Shown here in pieces: positions 1 to 10,079 of a stretch of DNA of 64,000 nt. The notes beneath the pieces were generated by a model. It was not told the origin of the DNA. It searched no databases and saw only the letters and a list, made by a program, of their open reading frames with translations. The translations under genes and the position numbers were made by a program. This DNA is from an uncultured Candidatus Peribacteria bacterium (GTDB lineage Bacteria; Patescibacteriota; Gracilibacteria; UBA1369): the NCBI GenBank assembly GCA_964624115.1, contig CAZUXI010000006.1, positions 1,060 to 65,059 of the forward strand, written 5' to 3'. Numbering within the stretch: position 1 is the stretch's first letter; every line of letters begins with the position of its first letter.

Positions 1-2154
1 TGGAACGGGAAAAAGACCAATGGTGACTACGTTCCAAACGGTACTTACTATTATAAAGTATCTGCTGAAGCAGTAATCAACGGCGTAACCGTTGGTGATG
101 AAAAAACTGGTTCATTCTCAGTAAGTGTTTCAACAACACCTACAGAAACTAAACCAAGTTTTAGTTGTATTGCTTTAAGTGAAAATCCGTTTGATCCCAA
201 CAACGAACAAACATTGATCTCTTATACTGCAACGAACTCTCCAACCACAGTAACAGCAGCAATTTACGATACAAGCATTTCAACGACAAACCCAATTGAA
301 ACACTTACTTCTACCACAAACTCAGTAGGTGGATGTTCAAAAGGTTTCTACTGGGATGGAAAAAATAGCAATGGAAACCCATATCCTGAAAAGGCTTATC
401 GTTACAAACTCACCGCAACCAACTCAGCAGGTACCGAAACTCGTGAAGGTGACGTAACCATTGACTACGACTCAGTTACACCAACCAACGGAACACCCGT
501 GATCACTTCACACTATGTTACCAAATCACCATTTAACCCTGACGACGAAAGTACAACGATCGTTTTCAAAGTTGATCGTGAAGCAAAAGTAAAAGTAGAA
601 ATTCTTGATACCTCAGTATTCACAACTTCTACTTCAGCTGACGTAGTAGTAAAACTCCTCGATACCACCAAAGATTGTACCGACGAATGTCGTGTATCTT
701 GGGATGGTTACGATTCAGACGATGATCAGGTTGCTGACGATACCTATACCTATCGTATTACTGCAACCAACAAAAACGACAGTGATCTCAAAGATGTTGA
801 AGGAAGCCAAGTTCGTGTTGATACTGATTCAACCGATAATAACAACTCAGACGATCTCATTTCAAATCTTGAAGTAAAAGATGCAACTTTTGATCCAACC
901 GAGAGTGAACGTGCACGACTTTACTTTGACGTTGAAAACGATGATACCGATATTACCATTGTAATTATCGACGAAGATGGTGACACCGTTCGTGAACTCG
1001 TTGATGGTATGAACTACGATGAAAGTAACGACAACATTGTGACTTGGAATGGTCGTGATGATGATAATGACATCGTTGACGATGGTGATTATCAATTCAA
1101 AATTAAAGCTGAAAAAGGAAATGACGATCAGGTTGAATACGAAGATACAACCGTTGATACAGATGGAAACACTGACAATAACAATAACGACGATGACGAT
1201 TATGGTGATCTCATCGATAACGTAGAAACTGACGTTGATTATTTTGATCCAAAGGATGGTGAAAAAGGAAAAATTTCCTTCGACGTTCTTGAAGACAATG
1301 TAAACGTAAAAGTTCAAATCCTTGATGGTTCAAAAGTACTCCGCACACTTGTAACCAAAGAGTACGATGAAGACGACAACTACGGTGTATTCTGGAACGG
1401 TCGTGATGCCGATAACGATATCGTAAAAGACGATGTGTATCGCTTCAAAATTACTGCAGAAAAAGGAAATAAAGATGAAGTGGCATATCGTTACATTGAA
1501 GTGGATACCGATGGAATCATCATTGGTTTCCCTGATGATAACGGTGGCTACTGTGCAGGATTTACTGATGTTCCAAAGAGCAGCGCTTACTGTAAAGCAA
1601 TTGAATACCTCAAGCTTCGTGGAGTATTCCAAGGTTACCCAGATGGTACCTTTGGTCCAAACTCACCAATCAATCGTGCTGAAACCACACGTGTTGTTCT
1701 CCTCGCACTTGGCGTGAAGATCATGAAAGATGATGGAAGCAACCTTGGATTCTGGGATGTGGTAAAAAATAGTTACTACATGCCTTATCTCCGAACTGCA
1801 AAAGCCTACGGTATCATTCGTGGTTATCCAGATGGTAGTTTCAAACCAGGTAAAACAGTGAACCGTGTTGAGCTCCTTCGAATCTTCCTTGAAGCTGTAA
1901 ATGTAAGCTTGCCATATTGTACTTCAAATGGATTCTCTGATACTGAAAACTACGCTTGGTACAATAAATACGTCTGCTATGCGATTGATAACAGTTTGAT
2001 GTCTGGTGATGGATTAAACAAATTCTATCCTGACCAGCCAATGACTCGTGGTGAAGTTGCCAATCTTTTCTACAACTTTGAAATGAAAAAATTGTATAAA
2101 TATGGCGACTACAGTAACTACGATATGAACTATAACTATTACTATTCTTACTAA
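1..2154 (+). CDS. Cell-surface protein, 5'-truncated by the window edge. Tandem FlgD-Ig-like repeats with acidic linkers, then three C-terminal SLH domains and a Tyr/Asn-rich tail.
   Basis: Frame 1 is open from nt 1, with no stop before the listed ORF at 214. The motif W(N/D)G.D..G..v.dG.Y.Y.(i/l).A recurs at least 5 times (e.g. WDGKNSNGNPYPEKAYRYKLTA). There are three SLH-like units (FTDVP...GYPDGTFGPNSPINRAE, FWDV...GYPDGSFKPGKTVNRVE, FSDT...FYPDQPMTRGE). Confidence 0.8.
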   Translation, partial: WNGKKTNGDYVPNGTYYYKVSAEAVINGVTVGDEKTGSFSVSVSTTPTETKPSFSCIALSENPFDPNNEQTLISYTATNSPTTVTAAIYDTSISTTNPIETLTSTTNSVGGCSKGFYWDGKNSNGNPYPEKAYRYKLTATNSAGTETREGDVTIDYDSVTPTNGTPVITSHYVTKSPFNPDDESTTIVFKVDREAKVKVEILDTSVFTTSTSADVVVKLLDTTKDCTDECRVSWDGYDSDDDQVADDTYTYRITATNKNDSDLKDVEGSQVRVDTDSTDNNNSDDLISNLEVKDATFDPTESERARLYFDVENDDTDITIVIIDEDGDTVRELVDGMNYDESNDNIVTWNGRDDDNDIVDDGDYQFKIKAEKGNDDQVEYEDTTVDTDGNTDNNNNDDDDYGDLIDNVETDVDYFDPKDGEKGKISFDVLEDNVNVKVQILDGSKVLRTLVTKEYDEDDNYGVFWNGRDADNDIVKDDVYRFKITAEKGNKDEVAYRYIEVDTDGIIIGFPDDNGGYCAGFTDVPKSSAYCKAIEYLKLRGVFQGYPDGTFGPNSPINRAETTRVVLLALGVKIMKDDGSNLGFWDVVKNSYYMPYLRTAKAYGIIRGYPDGSFKPGKTVNRVELLRIFLEAVNVSLPYCTSNGFSDTENYAWYNKYVCYAIDNSLMSGDGLNKFYPDQPMTRGEVANLFYNFEMKKLYKYGDYSNYDMNYNYYYSY

Positions 2155-2183
2155 GAAGAGTAAAAAGTTATCCAAGAAATATT

Positions 2184-2225
2184 AGCCCCAAAAGCTCCGT
2201 CTCAAAAACGGGGCTTTTGTTTTGC
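2184..2225 (+). terminator. Putative intrinsic terminator after the SLH protein gene
   Basis: AGCCCC (2184-2189) pairs with GGGGCT (2210-2215) and is followed by a T-rich run. The loop is long, so this is only moderate support. Confidence 0.4.
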
Positions 2226-2280
2226 TCTAAAAAAAACTAAAATTTAAACCAGAAAAACAAATCGTTAGACCCAAATTCCC

Positions 2281-4038
2281 ATGGCTACCAAGAAATATAC
2301 CTCATCATCCAAACCTGTCATTGGTATCATTGGCGGTCGTGGGAAAATGGGGGAGTACTTTGCGAAACTCTTTACTGAAACAGGTCATAAGGTGTTTGTT
2401 TCAGACCACAGAACCAAACTCACCAACGAGCAGCTAATCAAAAAATCTGACATTATCATCATTTCTGTCCCCATCGGAAAAACCGCTGATGTGATCAAAA
2501 AAATAGTACATTTAATCAAACCACATCAAACCCTCACTGACTTTACCTCACTCAAAGTTTTTCCCCTCAAGGAAATGGAAAAGGCCAATGGTGACGTCTT
2601 TGGCTTGCACCCAATGTTCAGTCATACAAATTCACTCCCTGGCCAAACCATCATCGCTTGTTTCCCAAAAGGAAGAAAAAAAGCAGCATCCCCGGGTTTT
2701 CAATACTTGAATAAATTATTTACTCAAAAAGGGGCTAAAATCATAGAAATTTCTCCTGAAAAACATGACCAAATAATGGCTATCGTTCAAGCCCTGGTGC
2801 ACTTTTCCGACATTGCCTTTGGCAAAACCCTTCAAGAACTCAAAATCCCTCTCAAAGAATATCTAGCTTTTGCGGGACCGGCTTCTGAACTTAAACTCGC
2901 TTTTGTCGCCCGTCTCCTTGCCCAAGATCCCGATCTTTACGCTCAAATTCAACTTCAAAACCCCTATGCTGAACCTATTCTCTCCAGCTACCAAAAAAGG
3001 CTCCAAGAACTCCTCGTGATTAATACTCAGCATGATGAAAAAAAGTTCCATCAGTACTTTCAAAAGGCTGCCTCACACCTCAAAAGTTACACGACAGAGG
3101 CACTCCAAGATACCAACAGTGTTATCTTTAGCCTCCTCCAAAATCGTCGCCAGAGATCGTACAAAAAAAATGATCAAGCTGAGTTGAATGTTGCCCTTGC
3201 AGCTTTAGGCCCCAAACAGACCAATACCGATTTGGCAGCTGAAAAATATCGCACACTTTGCGCCATAAAAGGAGAGAAAACGCTTTTCGGAAGTATTAAG
3301 GAAGTATTTCAAGCAGTTACTAACGGGCATGCAAAACAAGGAATTATACCGATTGAAAATCTCCTTCAAGGCACTATCCGTGAAACCTACGACGAACTTT
3401 TTACCCAGCAGGTAAAAGTAGTAATGCAAATAAGTCAAAAAATCACCTACGCTCTTGTGGCCATGCCGGGCGTAAGGATAAAAGAAATTACCTCAATTGC
3501 TTCACATGAACAAGCACTCAATCAATGTTCCACCTTTTTAAAAAAACAACTCCCCTCAGCTTTTCATGAAAGTTCAGCTTCAACAATGACTGCCTATGAA
3601 CGCATGGTCGGTCAAAGTAATCGCACCCAAGCGGTTATCGTCCCACTCGAAGTTGCAAAAAAACTACAACTCAACATCCTTAAAAAAGACATCCAAAACC
3701 ATCACGAGAATAAAACGACATTCATCGTTATTGAAAAATCAAAAAATTCTACTCCGCAACTGGAAAAACTCGCAAAAAAAGCTCACGAATCCATCATCGC
3801 GTTTACCTTCCACAAAGACCGTCCTGGCACCCTCTACGAAATCTTTGGTCTATTTTCGGAAAATAAGATAAATCTTACCAAAATTGAATCCCGCCCTAGC
3901 AAAACCGATCTCGGGAATCATATCTTTTTCCTTCATTTCCAAGGAAAAGCCGACGAGCCCAAAGCGCAAAAAGTTCTCACCCAAATGAAGCAAAAAACCG
4001 CCAAGCTCAAAATCTTCGGGAGCTTTCCTATCCTCTAA
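2281..4038 (+). CDS. Bifunctional prephenate dehydrogenase (TyrA-like, N-terminal) / prephenate dehydratase with ACT domain (PheA-like, C-terminal)
   Basis: N-terminal half: Rossmann motif IGIIGGRGKMG, HPMF, and KHDQIMAIVQALVHF...AQDPDLYAQIQ, resembling E. coli TyrA. C-terminal half: IPIENLLQGTI, SHEQALNQC, NKTTF, DRPGTL, NLTKIESRPSK, IFFLHFQG. No chorismate mutase segment is seen. Confidence 0.8.
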   Translation: MATKKYTSSSKPVIGIIGGRGKMGEYFAKLFTETGHKVFVSDHRTKLTNEQLIKKSDIIIISVPIGKTADVIKKIVHLIKPHQTLTDFTSLKVFPLKEMEKANGDVFGLHPMFSHTNSLPGQTIIACFPKGRKKAASPGFQYLNKLFTQKGAKIIEISPEKHDQIMAIVQALVHFSDIAFGKTLQELKIPLKEYLAFAGPASELKLAFVARLLAQDPDLYAQIQLQNPYAEPILSSYQKRLQELLVINTQHDEKKFHQYFQKAASHLKSYTTEALQDTNSVIFSLLQNRRQRSYKKNDQAELNVALAALGPKQTNTDLAAEKYRTLCAIKGEKTLFGSIKEVFQAVTNGHAKQGIIPIENLLQGTIRETYDELFTQQVKVVMQISQKITYALVAMPGVRIKEITSIASHEQALNQCSTFLKKQLPSAFHESSASTMTAYERMVGQSNRTQAVIVPLEVAKKLQLNILKKDIQNHHENKTTFIVIEKSKNSTPQLEKLAKKAHESIIAFTFHKDRPGTLYEIFGLFSENKINLTKIESRPSKTDLGNHIFFLHFQGKADEPKAQKVLTQMKQKTAKLKIFGSFPIL

Positions 4039-5335
4039 TCTGCTTCATCATCTCAACTCGCTTCTGGATAAGCGGCTGTGTTCCAATATCCTTCCGATGA
4101 AAGACCGGTCCTTTCACTGAACCACAACCGACCTCCGCCAATTGCTCCGCTTCTTCGATGGTATCCGCAACGCCCACCAGGCCCACAGCGCGCGAACTCC
4201 CCAAATAAAGCCCATCCTCTTTCTGATCCACATTCCCAAAATAAAGTTTTACCCCAGTCGGCAATTCATGAATCTCAATTCGCTCACCACTCCGCGGTTC
4301 ATCAGGATACCCTTCTGGTACCACATACTTACAAACAGTTGCCTTATGAGCAAAATCCAGCGCCAAACTCCCCAAATCGCCGTTCCAAATAGCATCGCAC
4401 ACCTGAACAAAATTTGTATTCAATAAAGAAAGAGCATTCAAAGCCTCCGGATCACCAAACCGCGCATTATACTCAATAACTTTTACCCCGTTCTTGGTCG
4501 CAATAAAACCACCATACATAATTCCTTTGTACTGAACCCCTGTCTCTTCTTCTAAAACCTTCATGAGCCGCTGGGTAATCTCGGCCGCATCCTGTACCTC
4601 AGAAAGCCTCAAAAAGGGGAGCGAATGATCCGGATAAGAGTATGTTCCCATTCCGCCAGTATTCGGACCAAAATCAGCCTCAAACGCCCGTTTATGATCT
4701 TGTATTGCCGGCATCACCCCTGTTGAAACTCCATCAGCAAAACTCATCAAACTAAACTCCTGGCCAATCAGTTTTTCTTCGATTACCACTTTCCCAGCAG
4801 CAATTAGGCATTCTTCGGCATAGGCCAAACCTTCATCAAGACTCTTCAGGTGTTCACCAGAAACTTTGACACCCTTCCCCCCCATAAGCCCATCGGCCTT
4901 CACCACATAATTTCCATCAAGTTTTTCCATAAATTCGCGCATTCCCATTGGCTCATAAAAGGTCCGAAATGCCGGATTAACTCCTAATTCATATTTTTCA
5001 ATCACATCCCTCGTAAACGACTTTGATGCCTCCAATCGGGCAACCGTTTGAAGCGGAGCCACTACCCGAAACCCGGCTTCAACCAAAACATCAGCAAGGC
5101 CACCGCCAATCGGATCATCGGGGCCAATAAAAACTAAATTTGGCTGAATCTTTTTCGCAAACTCACGAACAGCAGTAAAATCCATAACATTACCAACCTC
5201 AAAATGCTCAGCCAGACGGATCAATCCTGGGTTCCTCGTTTTTCCAAAAACAAACAGTTGTGCTCCACCTTTTACAAAACTTTCCCCAAGAATATGTTCT
5301 CGAGCCCCTTGTCCGATAAGAAGTACCTTGGTCAT
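4028..5335 (-). CDS. purD: Phosphoribosylamine-glycine ligase
   Basis: The 435-aa product has the N-terminus KVLLIGQGAREH and ATP-grasp-type central motifs, with PurD-like length and order. Its 3' end overlaps the convergent TyrA-PheA gene by 11 nt. Confidence 0.85.
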   Translation of the reverse strand: MTKVLLIGQGAREHILGESFVKGGAQLFVFGKTRNPGLIRLAEHFEVGNVMDFTAVREFAKKIQPNLVFIGPDDPIGGGLADVLVEAGFRVVAPLQTVARLEASKSFTRDVIEKYELGVNPAFRTFYEPMGMREFMEKLDGNYVVKADGLMGGKGVKVSGEHLKSLDEGLAYAEECLIAAGKVVIEEKLIGQEFSLMSFADGVSTGVMPAIQDHKRAFEADFGPNTGGMGTYSYPDHSLPFLRLSEVQDAAEITQRLMKVLEEETGVQYKGIMYGGFIATKNGVKVIEYNARFGDPEALNALSLLNTNFVQVCDAIWNGDLGSLALDFAHKATVCKYVVPEGYPDEPRSGERIEIHELPTGVKLYFGNVDQKEDGLYLGSSRAVGLVGVADTIEEAEQLAEVGCGSVKGPVFHRKDIGTQPLIQKRVEMMKQIRG

Positions 5336-5345
5336 AAATAATATT

Positions 5346-5398
5346 TGGCAAAAATCTTACGCTTATTTTAAACGCAAACATTGGATCCTCCAAGGTCT
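5346..5398 (+). repeat. Bipartite intergenic repeat copy (box A TGGCAAAAA, 27 nt, box B TGGATCCTCCAAGGTCT)
   Basis: Lies in the 67-nt gap between the stop of the 200-aa ORFan and the purD start. Matches the two-box consensus found at 6 other loci. Confidence 0.55.
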
Positions 5399-5402
5399 TT
5401 CG

Positions 5403-6005
5403 TCACTCCAAAACACCTTCCTCGTTGGAGAGTGCGGTTTCATGCATTAACCCAATCACCGTTTGCAGCCACTGACACAGTCCTTCCAGTTTTTCCTTAT
5501 ATTGCTCTTTGTATCCTTGCAGCGAGGCAAGGTGATGAAAACGATTACCAAATTTTTCAGCTTCTTTTCGAAGATCATGATCAGCAAAGAGCAAGTGAAC
5601 ATTGGGTTCGTAACCATCACGACTCATGATCCCCTGTTGAAGAAGTCGCAAATAAATCTGAATCTTTTGTAAAAAAGTATCAAAATCATCTTCAGTCTCA
5701 ATCTTTCGATACATTGGGGTAAGGTCAATACGGAGTCGTTGTGCCGTTTCAAAGAGTTGAAATAAAGTATTTCGTTGAGAATAATCGGAAAAACCGGTCG
5801 TTACGATCCGTTCAACTTCAGAAGCCGCGGGCGACATTTGAATAATTTCTGTTGTACCAACCGTTTTTCTTGAAATCGACTTCCTTATTCCGGTAATAAA
5901 ATCACGACACTTTTGTTCCTCATCAGGTGTTTGGACAGGAAGAATGTCAGCTTCACGAAAAAACTCATGGCTTCTTCCGTCGTTATCAAGAGGAATCTGC
6001 CCCAT
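5403..6005 (-). CDS. Hypothetical protein (200 aa), no recognisable motif
   Basis: Long ORF with an ATG start, co-oriented between purF and purD. Composition is protein-like. Confidence 0.6.
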   Translation of the reverse strand: MGQIPLDNDGRSHEFFREADILPVQTPDEEQKCRDFITGIRKSISRKTVGTTEIIQMSPAASEVERIVTTGFSDYSQRNTLFQLFETAQRLRIDLTPMYRKIETEDDFDTFLQKIQIYLRLLQQGIMSRDGYEPNVHLLFADHDLRKEAEKFGNRFHHLASLQGYKEQYKEKLEGLCQWLQTVIGLMHETALSNEEGVLE

Positions 6006-6089
6006 CGCGTGAGGTTATGAAATAAGGATTACTTAATAACACCCTTAAATCTTCAAGTCAAATTCATTCGCGATGAAGAGCACAACTCC

Positions 6090-7349
6090 TTAGTCTTTCT
6101 TTGGGACTTCGAGGGCAGCAACCGTATAGCTCGTGAAGAGTGGTTCATTATTTCGAGTCTGTTCAAGTCCACGCTGATGTTCTAAGAGTCCTTCAGCTTG
6201 GTGTTGAAGGGAAGTTTCCGAAACCAACACATATGTTCCAACATAACGCTGAAACCGTTCGTTAAAATCAAAATGAGGTTCATGAACTTTTTCTCCGAGC
6301 TCCTCACGGAATTGAGTTTCTAAAATCTGACGACTGGATGCAGGCAAAACCATGACACGCGTACCCGGTTCAACGGGAATTTTATAAGGGGTATTAAAAG
6401 TTTCTTGAACAATGCGATCGTAAACTTCACGTCGTTTGGATTCGGGGACCTCTTTCCCGTCAATTTCTCCGTAAGCATCGGCGAGTGTGTCAACATATTT
6501 CCGCTGCCAGTTGATGACATTTCCGTCAGCATCAATAACCAGAACTAAATTTGCTTGTTTCCCACGTTGAACAATCTCCAAAACATTATCTTTACTTAAG
6601 CGTACAAACGAAACAGAAATAGGTGCAGTTTCACGCAATCCCAACTGGTCATTTTCATGAAGTACCAAGCCCAATTGCAGTAAATCTTCGATGATTTCTT
6701 CAACCCGCATCCGGTTTTCTTTGGGAGCACGTCCAACGAGCAAATCATGCGCGGCGCTTACGGCAGAAAGTTTAGCGACCTCAATGTCAGCAGGAAAGTC
6801 GCCGGATGTATGACAAAGAACGAGGGTCATTTCCCCATTATGTGAATCATCATACATAACCGCACTTTCACGTGGAGTAGGGATATGAGTTGACTGAGCT
6901 TTTCCACGTGGGGATGGGAGTCCACTGTAGATGAGAGCGTTTCCTTCAGGACTCTGGACTTCAGCACGAACCAATGAACTATCAGGGGTTACTGTACTCC
7001 GACCACCGATCAAAGTGAGTCCTAAAGGTAACCTTCGGCGTTGTTTATCCAAAATCCCTCGCAAAAGCTCTTCTGCGGAAAAGAGTGTACTATCCTGAAA
7101 TTCTTGTCCTTCAAGCAGTCTTCGAATTTCCGTTACCACGCCTTCGGGAGATTTTGCCTTCGGAAGCTCAGCTGGTGGTTGTAAGTTTTCTAAGCGGACA
7201 TGTTCTAACCAAGTCTGAAAACTGTCACCATTTCGAACCATTGAATGTGGAGCAAGACTGGTGGGAACTGCATTCTCAGCACTTGCCTCTTCAGGCGCTG
7301 GAAGGTTTTGTCCATTATCTTCGTCAGGAACACGAGCAGTATTATTCAT
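6090..7349 (-). CDS. Hypothetical protein (419 aa from ATG 7349), no recognisable motif
   Basis: The long ORF is 6090..7442. The first ATG is at 7349 (MNNTARV...); upstream codons are AT-rich and I/F-rich, so probably non-coding. Confidence 0.6.
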   Translation of the reverse strand: MNNTARVPDEDNGQNLPAPEEASAENAVPTSLAPHSMVRNGDSFQTWLEHVRLENLQPPAELPKAKSPEGVVTEIRRLLEGQEFQDSTLFSAEELLRGILDKQRRRLPLGLTLIGGRSTVTPDSSLVRAEVQSPEGNALIYSGLPSPRGKAQSTHIPTPRESAVMYDDSHNGEMTLVLCHTSGDFPADIEVAKLSAVSAAHDLLVGRAPKENRMRVEEIIEDLLQLGLVLHENDQLGLRETAPISVSFVRLSKDNVLEIVQRGKQANLVLVIDADGNVINWQRKYVDTLADAYGEIDGKEVPESKRREVYDRIVQETFNTPYKIPVEPGTRVMVLPASSRQILETQFREELGEKVHEPHFDFNERFQRYVGTYVLVSETSLQHQAEGLLEHQRGLEQTRNNEPLFTSYTVAALEVPKKD

Positions 7350-7541
7350 AATTTTTGGGTCAAATCTAATTATTATATCATGAAATTGACATATATCAAT
7401 CAATATTGAGGAATGCCAAAAGTGATCAACCAGTATAACCAAATATACGATGGTGTATTACAAAATAATGACAAAAGAATTACAAAAACAAAAACACCAT
7501 GAAGACCGAAATCCTCATCAGGATACTAAATAAGGGATGAT

Positions 7542-9053
7542 TCAAATGAACGGAAGTTGTTCATCTTTTCCCCGTTCATCGTTCTCAGTATCATAAATTT
7601 CCGACCGGTGGGGAAGCACATTTCGATCAATTTCCGCTTTTTGTAACATCTCTTCAGTAATATCTTTAGTCGGATATTTCCCTCCCATACAAGCATAACA
7701 GTAATTGGTGACATCCGGATTCCCCTTAATCGCACTTTCCAATAAATCCTCAATTTTTTGATAAAAAAGCATATCGGCACCAATTTCTTGAGCAATCTCT
7801 TCCGTAGTTGCATCATTCGCCACAAAATCTTTGCGAGAAGGCATATCAACACCATAAACGCACGGATTGATGAGCGGAGGTGCGCATGAAGCAAAGAAAA
7901 CCTTTTTCGCTCCTGCTGCTCTCACCATCTCAATGATTTTTTTGGAAGTATTTCCTCGGACAATCGAATCATCAACGAGCAAAACATTACGATCCTGTAA
8001 TTCGAGTTTAATCGGGTTCAATTTATAATGAATCGACTTTTTCCGAATCTCTTGTCCGGGCATAATAAACGTACGCCCAATATAACGATTCTTAATCAAA
8101 CCTTCACGGTAGCGAATGCCCAATTCTTGAGCCAAAGTAAGTGCTGAACTGCGAGCAGAATCAGGAACAGGTACCACGACATCAATATCTAAATTGGCGG
8201 CTTTAATCTGCTGGGCGAGGGAAGTCCCCATGCGCATTCTGGCCTTATAAACACTCACCTTATCAATAATCGAATCCGGACGCGCAAGATACACATGCTC
8301 AAAAATGCACGGAGCCCAATTCTTTTTCACCACCTGTTTCCGAAACACCTGACGTTGCATATCAATAAATACCGCTTCTCCCGGCTGAATGTCATCCACC
8401 ATTTCAAACCCTAAAGTGTCCAACGCCACACTCTCAGAAGCAAAGGCATACTCAGGCATTAAGCCAGGTTCTCGTTTTCCGTAACAAAGTGGACGAATGC
8501 CCAACGGGTCACGGAAAGCCAATAATCCATAATTGGCAATCATGACAATGACCGAATAACTCCCTTTTAAACGTCTGAAAACACCTTCCATGGCTTTGAA
8601 CAAAAGCTCTGGGGTGAGCGTACTTTCTTTAAGATCCAGCATCTCATTGGCAACCACATTCAACAACAATTCTGAATCCGATTTTGTATTTAAATGACGA
8701 TTATTCACCGAGGTAACCTCTTTTTTTAAATCATCATAGTTCGTGAGATTCCCATTATGAATTAAAGAGATCCCAAAAGGGGAGTTCACATAAAACGGTT
8801 GTGCTTCCGCAGCATCATAACAACCGGCAGTCGGATACCGCACATGGCCAATACCCATATTCCCTTTTAATCGCACCATGTTTTTCGTATGAAAGACATC
8901 CCGAACAAGCCCATTCCCTTTTTTTAGATGGAAATGATCATCAAACGTCATAATCCCCGCACTATCTTGCCCTCGATGCTGGAGCACCACTAACCCGTCA
9001 TACAATTCCTGTGAAACCGGCTGGTTTGCCATGATGCCAATAATCCCACACAT
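7542..9053 (-). CDS. purF: Amidophosphoribosyltransferase
   Basis: MCGIIGI N-terminal nucleophile start, followed by a PRTase motif (VLLVDDSIVRGNTS). Confidence 0.9.
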   Translation of the reverse strand: MCGIIGIMANQPVSQELYDGLVVLQHRGQDSAGIMTFDDHFHLKKGNGLVRDVFHTKNMVRLKGNMGIGHVRYPTAGCYDAAEAQPFYVNSPFGISLIHNGNLTNYDDLKKEVTSVNNRHLNTKSDSELLLNVVANEMLDLKESTLTPELLFKAMEGVFRRLKGSYSVIVMIANYGLLAFRDPLGIRPLCYGKREPGLMPEYAFASESVALDTLGFEMVDDIQPGEAVFIDMQRQVFRKQVVKKNWAPCIFEHVYLARPDSIIDKVSVYKARMRMGTSLAQQIKAANLDIDVVVPVPDSARSSALTLAQELGIRYREGLIKNRYIGRTFIMPGQEIRKKSIHYKLNPIKLELQDRNVLLVDDSIVRGNTSKKIIEMVRAAGAKKVFFASCAPPLINPCVYGVDMPSRKDFVANDATTEEIAQEIGADMLFYQKIEDLLESAIKGNPDVTNYCYACMGGKYPTKDITEEMLQKAEIDRNVLPHRSEIYDTENDERGKDEQLPFI

Positions 9054-9092
9054 ACGAGAAAAAATAAGGAAAAATAAAAGAGGGCGTCAATT

Positions 9093-9950
9093 TTATGTCA
9101 TGATTATACCTTTTTTTGCAACTTTCACCACATTTTCCATCAAGCACGCGACTGTCATAAGGCCACACCCCCCAGGTACCGGAGTAATATACGAACTTTT
9201 CTGAGAAACATGATCAAAATCCACATCACCAACAATTTTTTCGTCCACACGGTTAATCCCCACATCAATGACAACGGCGCCTTCGGTTACCATATCAGCA
9301 GTAATAAATCCGGGTCTCCCCACCGCCACAATCAAAATTTCGGCTCGTAAACATTCCGCCTTCAAATCCACCGTTTTACTATGGCATACCGTCACCGTTG
9401 CCTTCCGATTGGTCAACATCACTGCAAGCGGTTTCCCCACAATATTACTCGATCCCACCACCGTCACCCGTTTCCCCACCACGTCAATTCCATAATGTTC
9501 AAGCATCCGAATCACTCCCATCGGCGTACACGGCGTCAAATCTTCCTGCTCTTTCCCCAAAAACATTTGCCCTACCTGAAGCGCAGAAAACCCATCCACA
9601 TCTTTTTTCGGATCCACCAGCTGAACAATCTTTTCACTCTCAATCGAATCCGGAAGCGGAAGCTGCACCAAAATTCCATGAACATCTTTTTGCCCATTCA
9701 GTTCCACAATTTTTTTCGCCAAACCATCCGTATCAATCGTACCCTCTTCATAATGCAAAAACTCGGTTTTTACCCCAATCTTCTCGGCATTTTTTAACTT
9801 CGACCGAATATAAGAAAGCGAAGAAGGATGATTCCCCACCAGCACAATAACTAAAAAAGGAACAACGCCCTGGTCTTTGAGGCCATCCACCTCATTTTTT
9901 AAACGAGAATAGACCGCTTCACTTACCAGTTTACCATCAAGAAGTTGCAT
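9093..9950 (-). CDS. folD: Bifunctional methylenetetrahydrofolate dehydrogenase/cyclohydrolase
   Basis: 285-aa product with a FolD-typical layout (SxxYxxxK region, GILVQLPLP, VVGxSNIVGKP, TPVPGGxGxMT). Confidence 0.9.
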   Translation of the reverse strand: MQLLDGKLVSEAVYSRLKNEVDGLKDQGVVPFLVIVLVGNHPSSLSYIRSKLKNAEKIGVKTEFLHYEEGTIDTDGLAKKIVELNGQKDVHGILVQLPLPDSIESEKIVQLVDPKKDVDGFSALQVGQMFLGKEQEDLTPCTPMGVIRMLEHYGIDVVGKRVTVVGSSNIVGKPLAVMLTNRKATVTVCHSKTVDLKAECLRAEILIVAVGRPGFITADMVTEGAVVIDVGINRVDEKIVGDVDFDHVSQKSSYITPVPGGCGLMTVACLMENVVKVAKKGIIMT

Positions 9951-10018
9951 GGCTGAAAAGAAGAAAAAAGTAACTCAAAACTACCATAAACTTCGGGTGA
10001 AACAAATTAAAAAATTCA

Positions 10019-10068
10019 TGGCAAAAACGAACGTTGTTTCCAAAGCAAGCGTTGGAGCCTCCAATTCT
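10019..10068 (+). repeat. Bipartite intergenic repeat copy (TGGCAAAAA, 25 nt, TGGAGCCTCCAATTCT)
   Basis: Lies between the Tmk-like stop (10080) and the folD start (9950). Box B here sits inside a 13-nt palindrome, TTGGAGCCTCCAA. Confidence 0.6.
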
Positions 10069-10079
10069 AATAGTATTTC

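Noticed and set aside
862-1632. Antisense ORFs (151 aa and 100 aa) within the first surface-protein gene
   Set aside because: The I/V/F/N-rich products are mirror images of the Asp/Asn/Thr-rich repeats. The sense frame has clear repeat and SLH domain structure.
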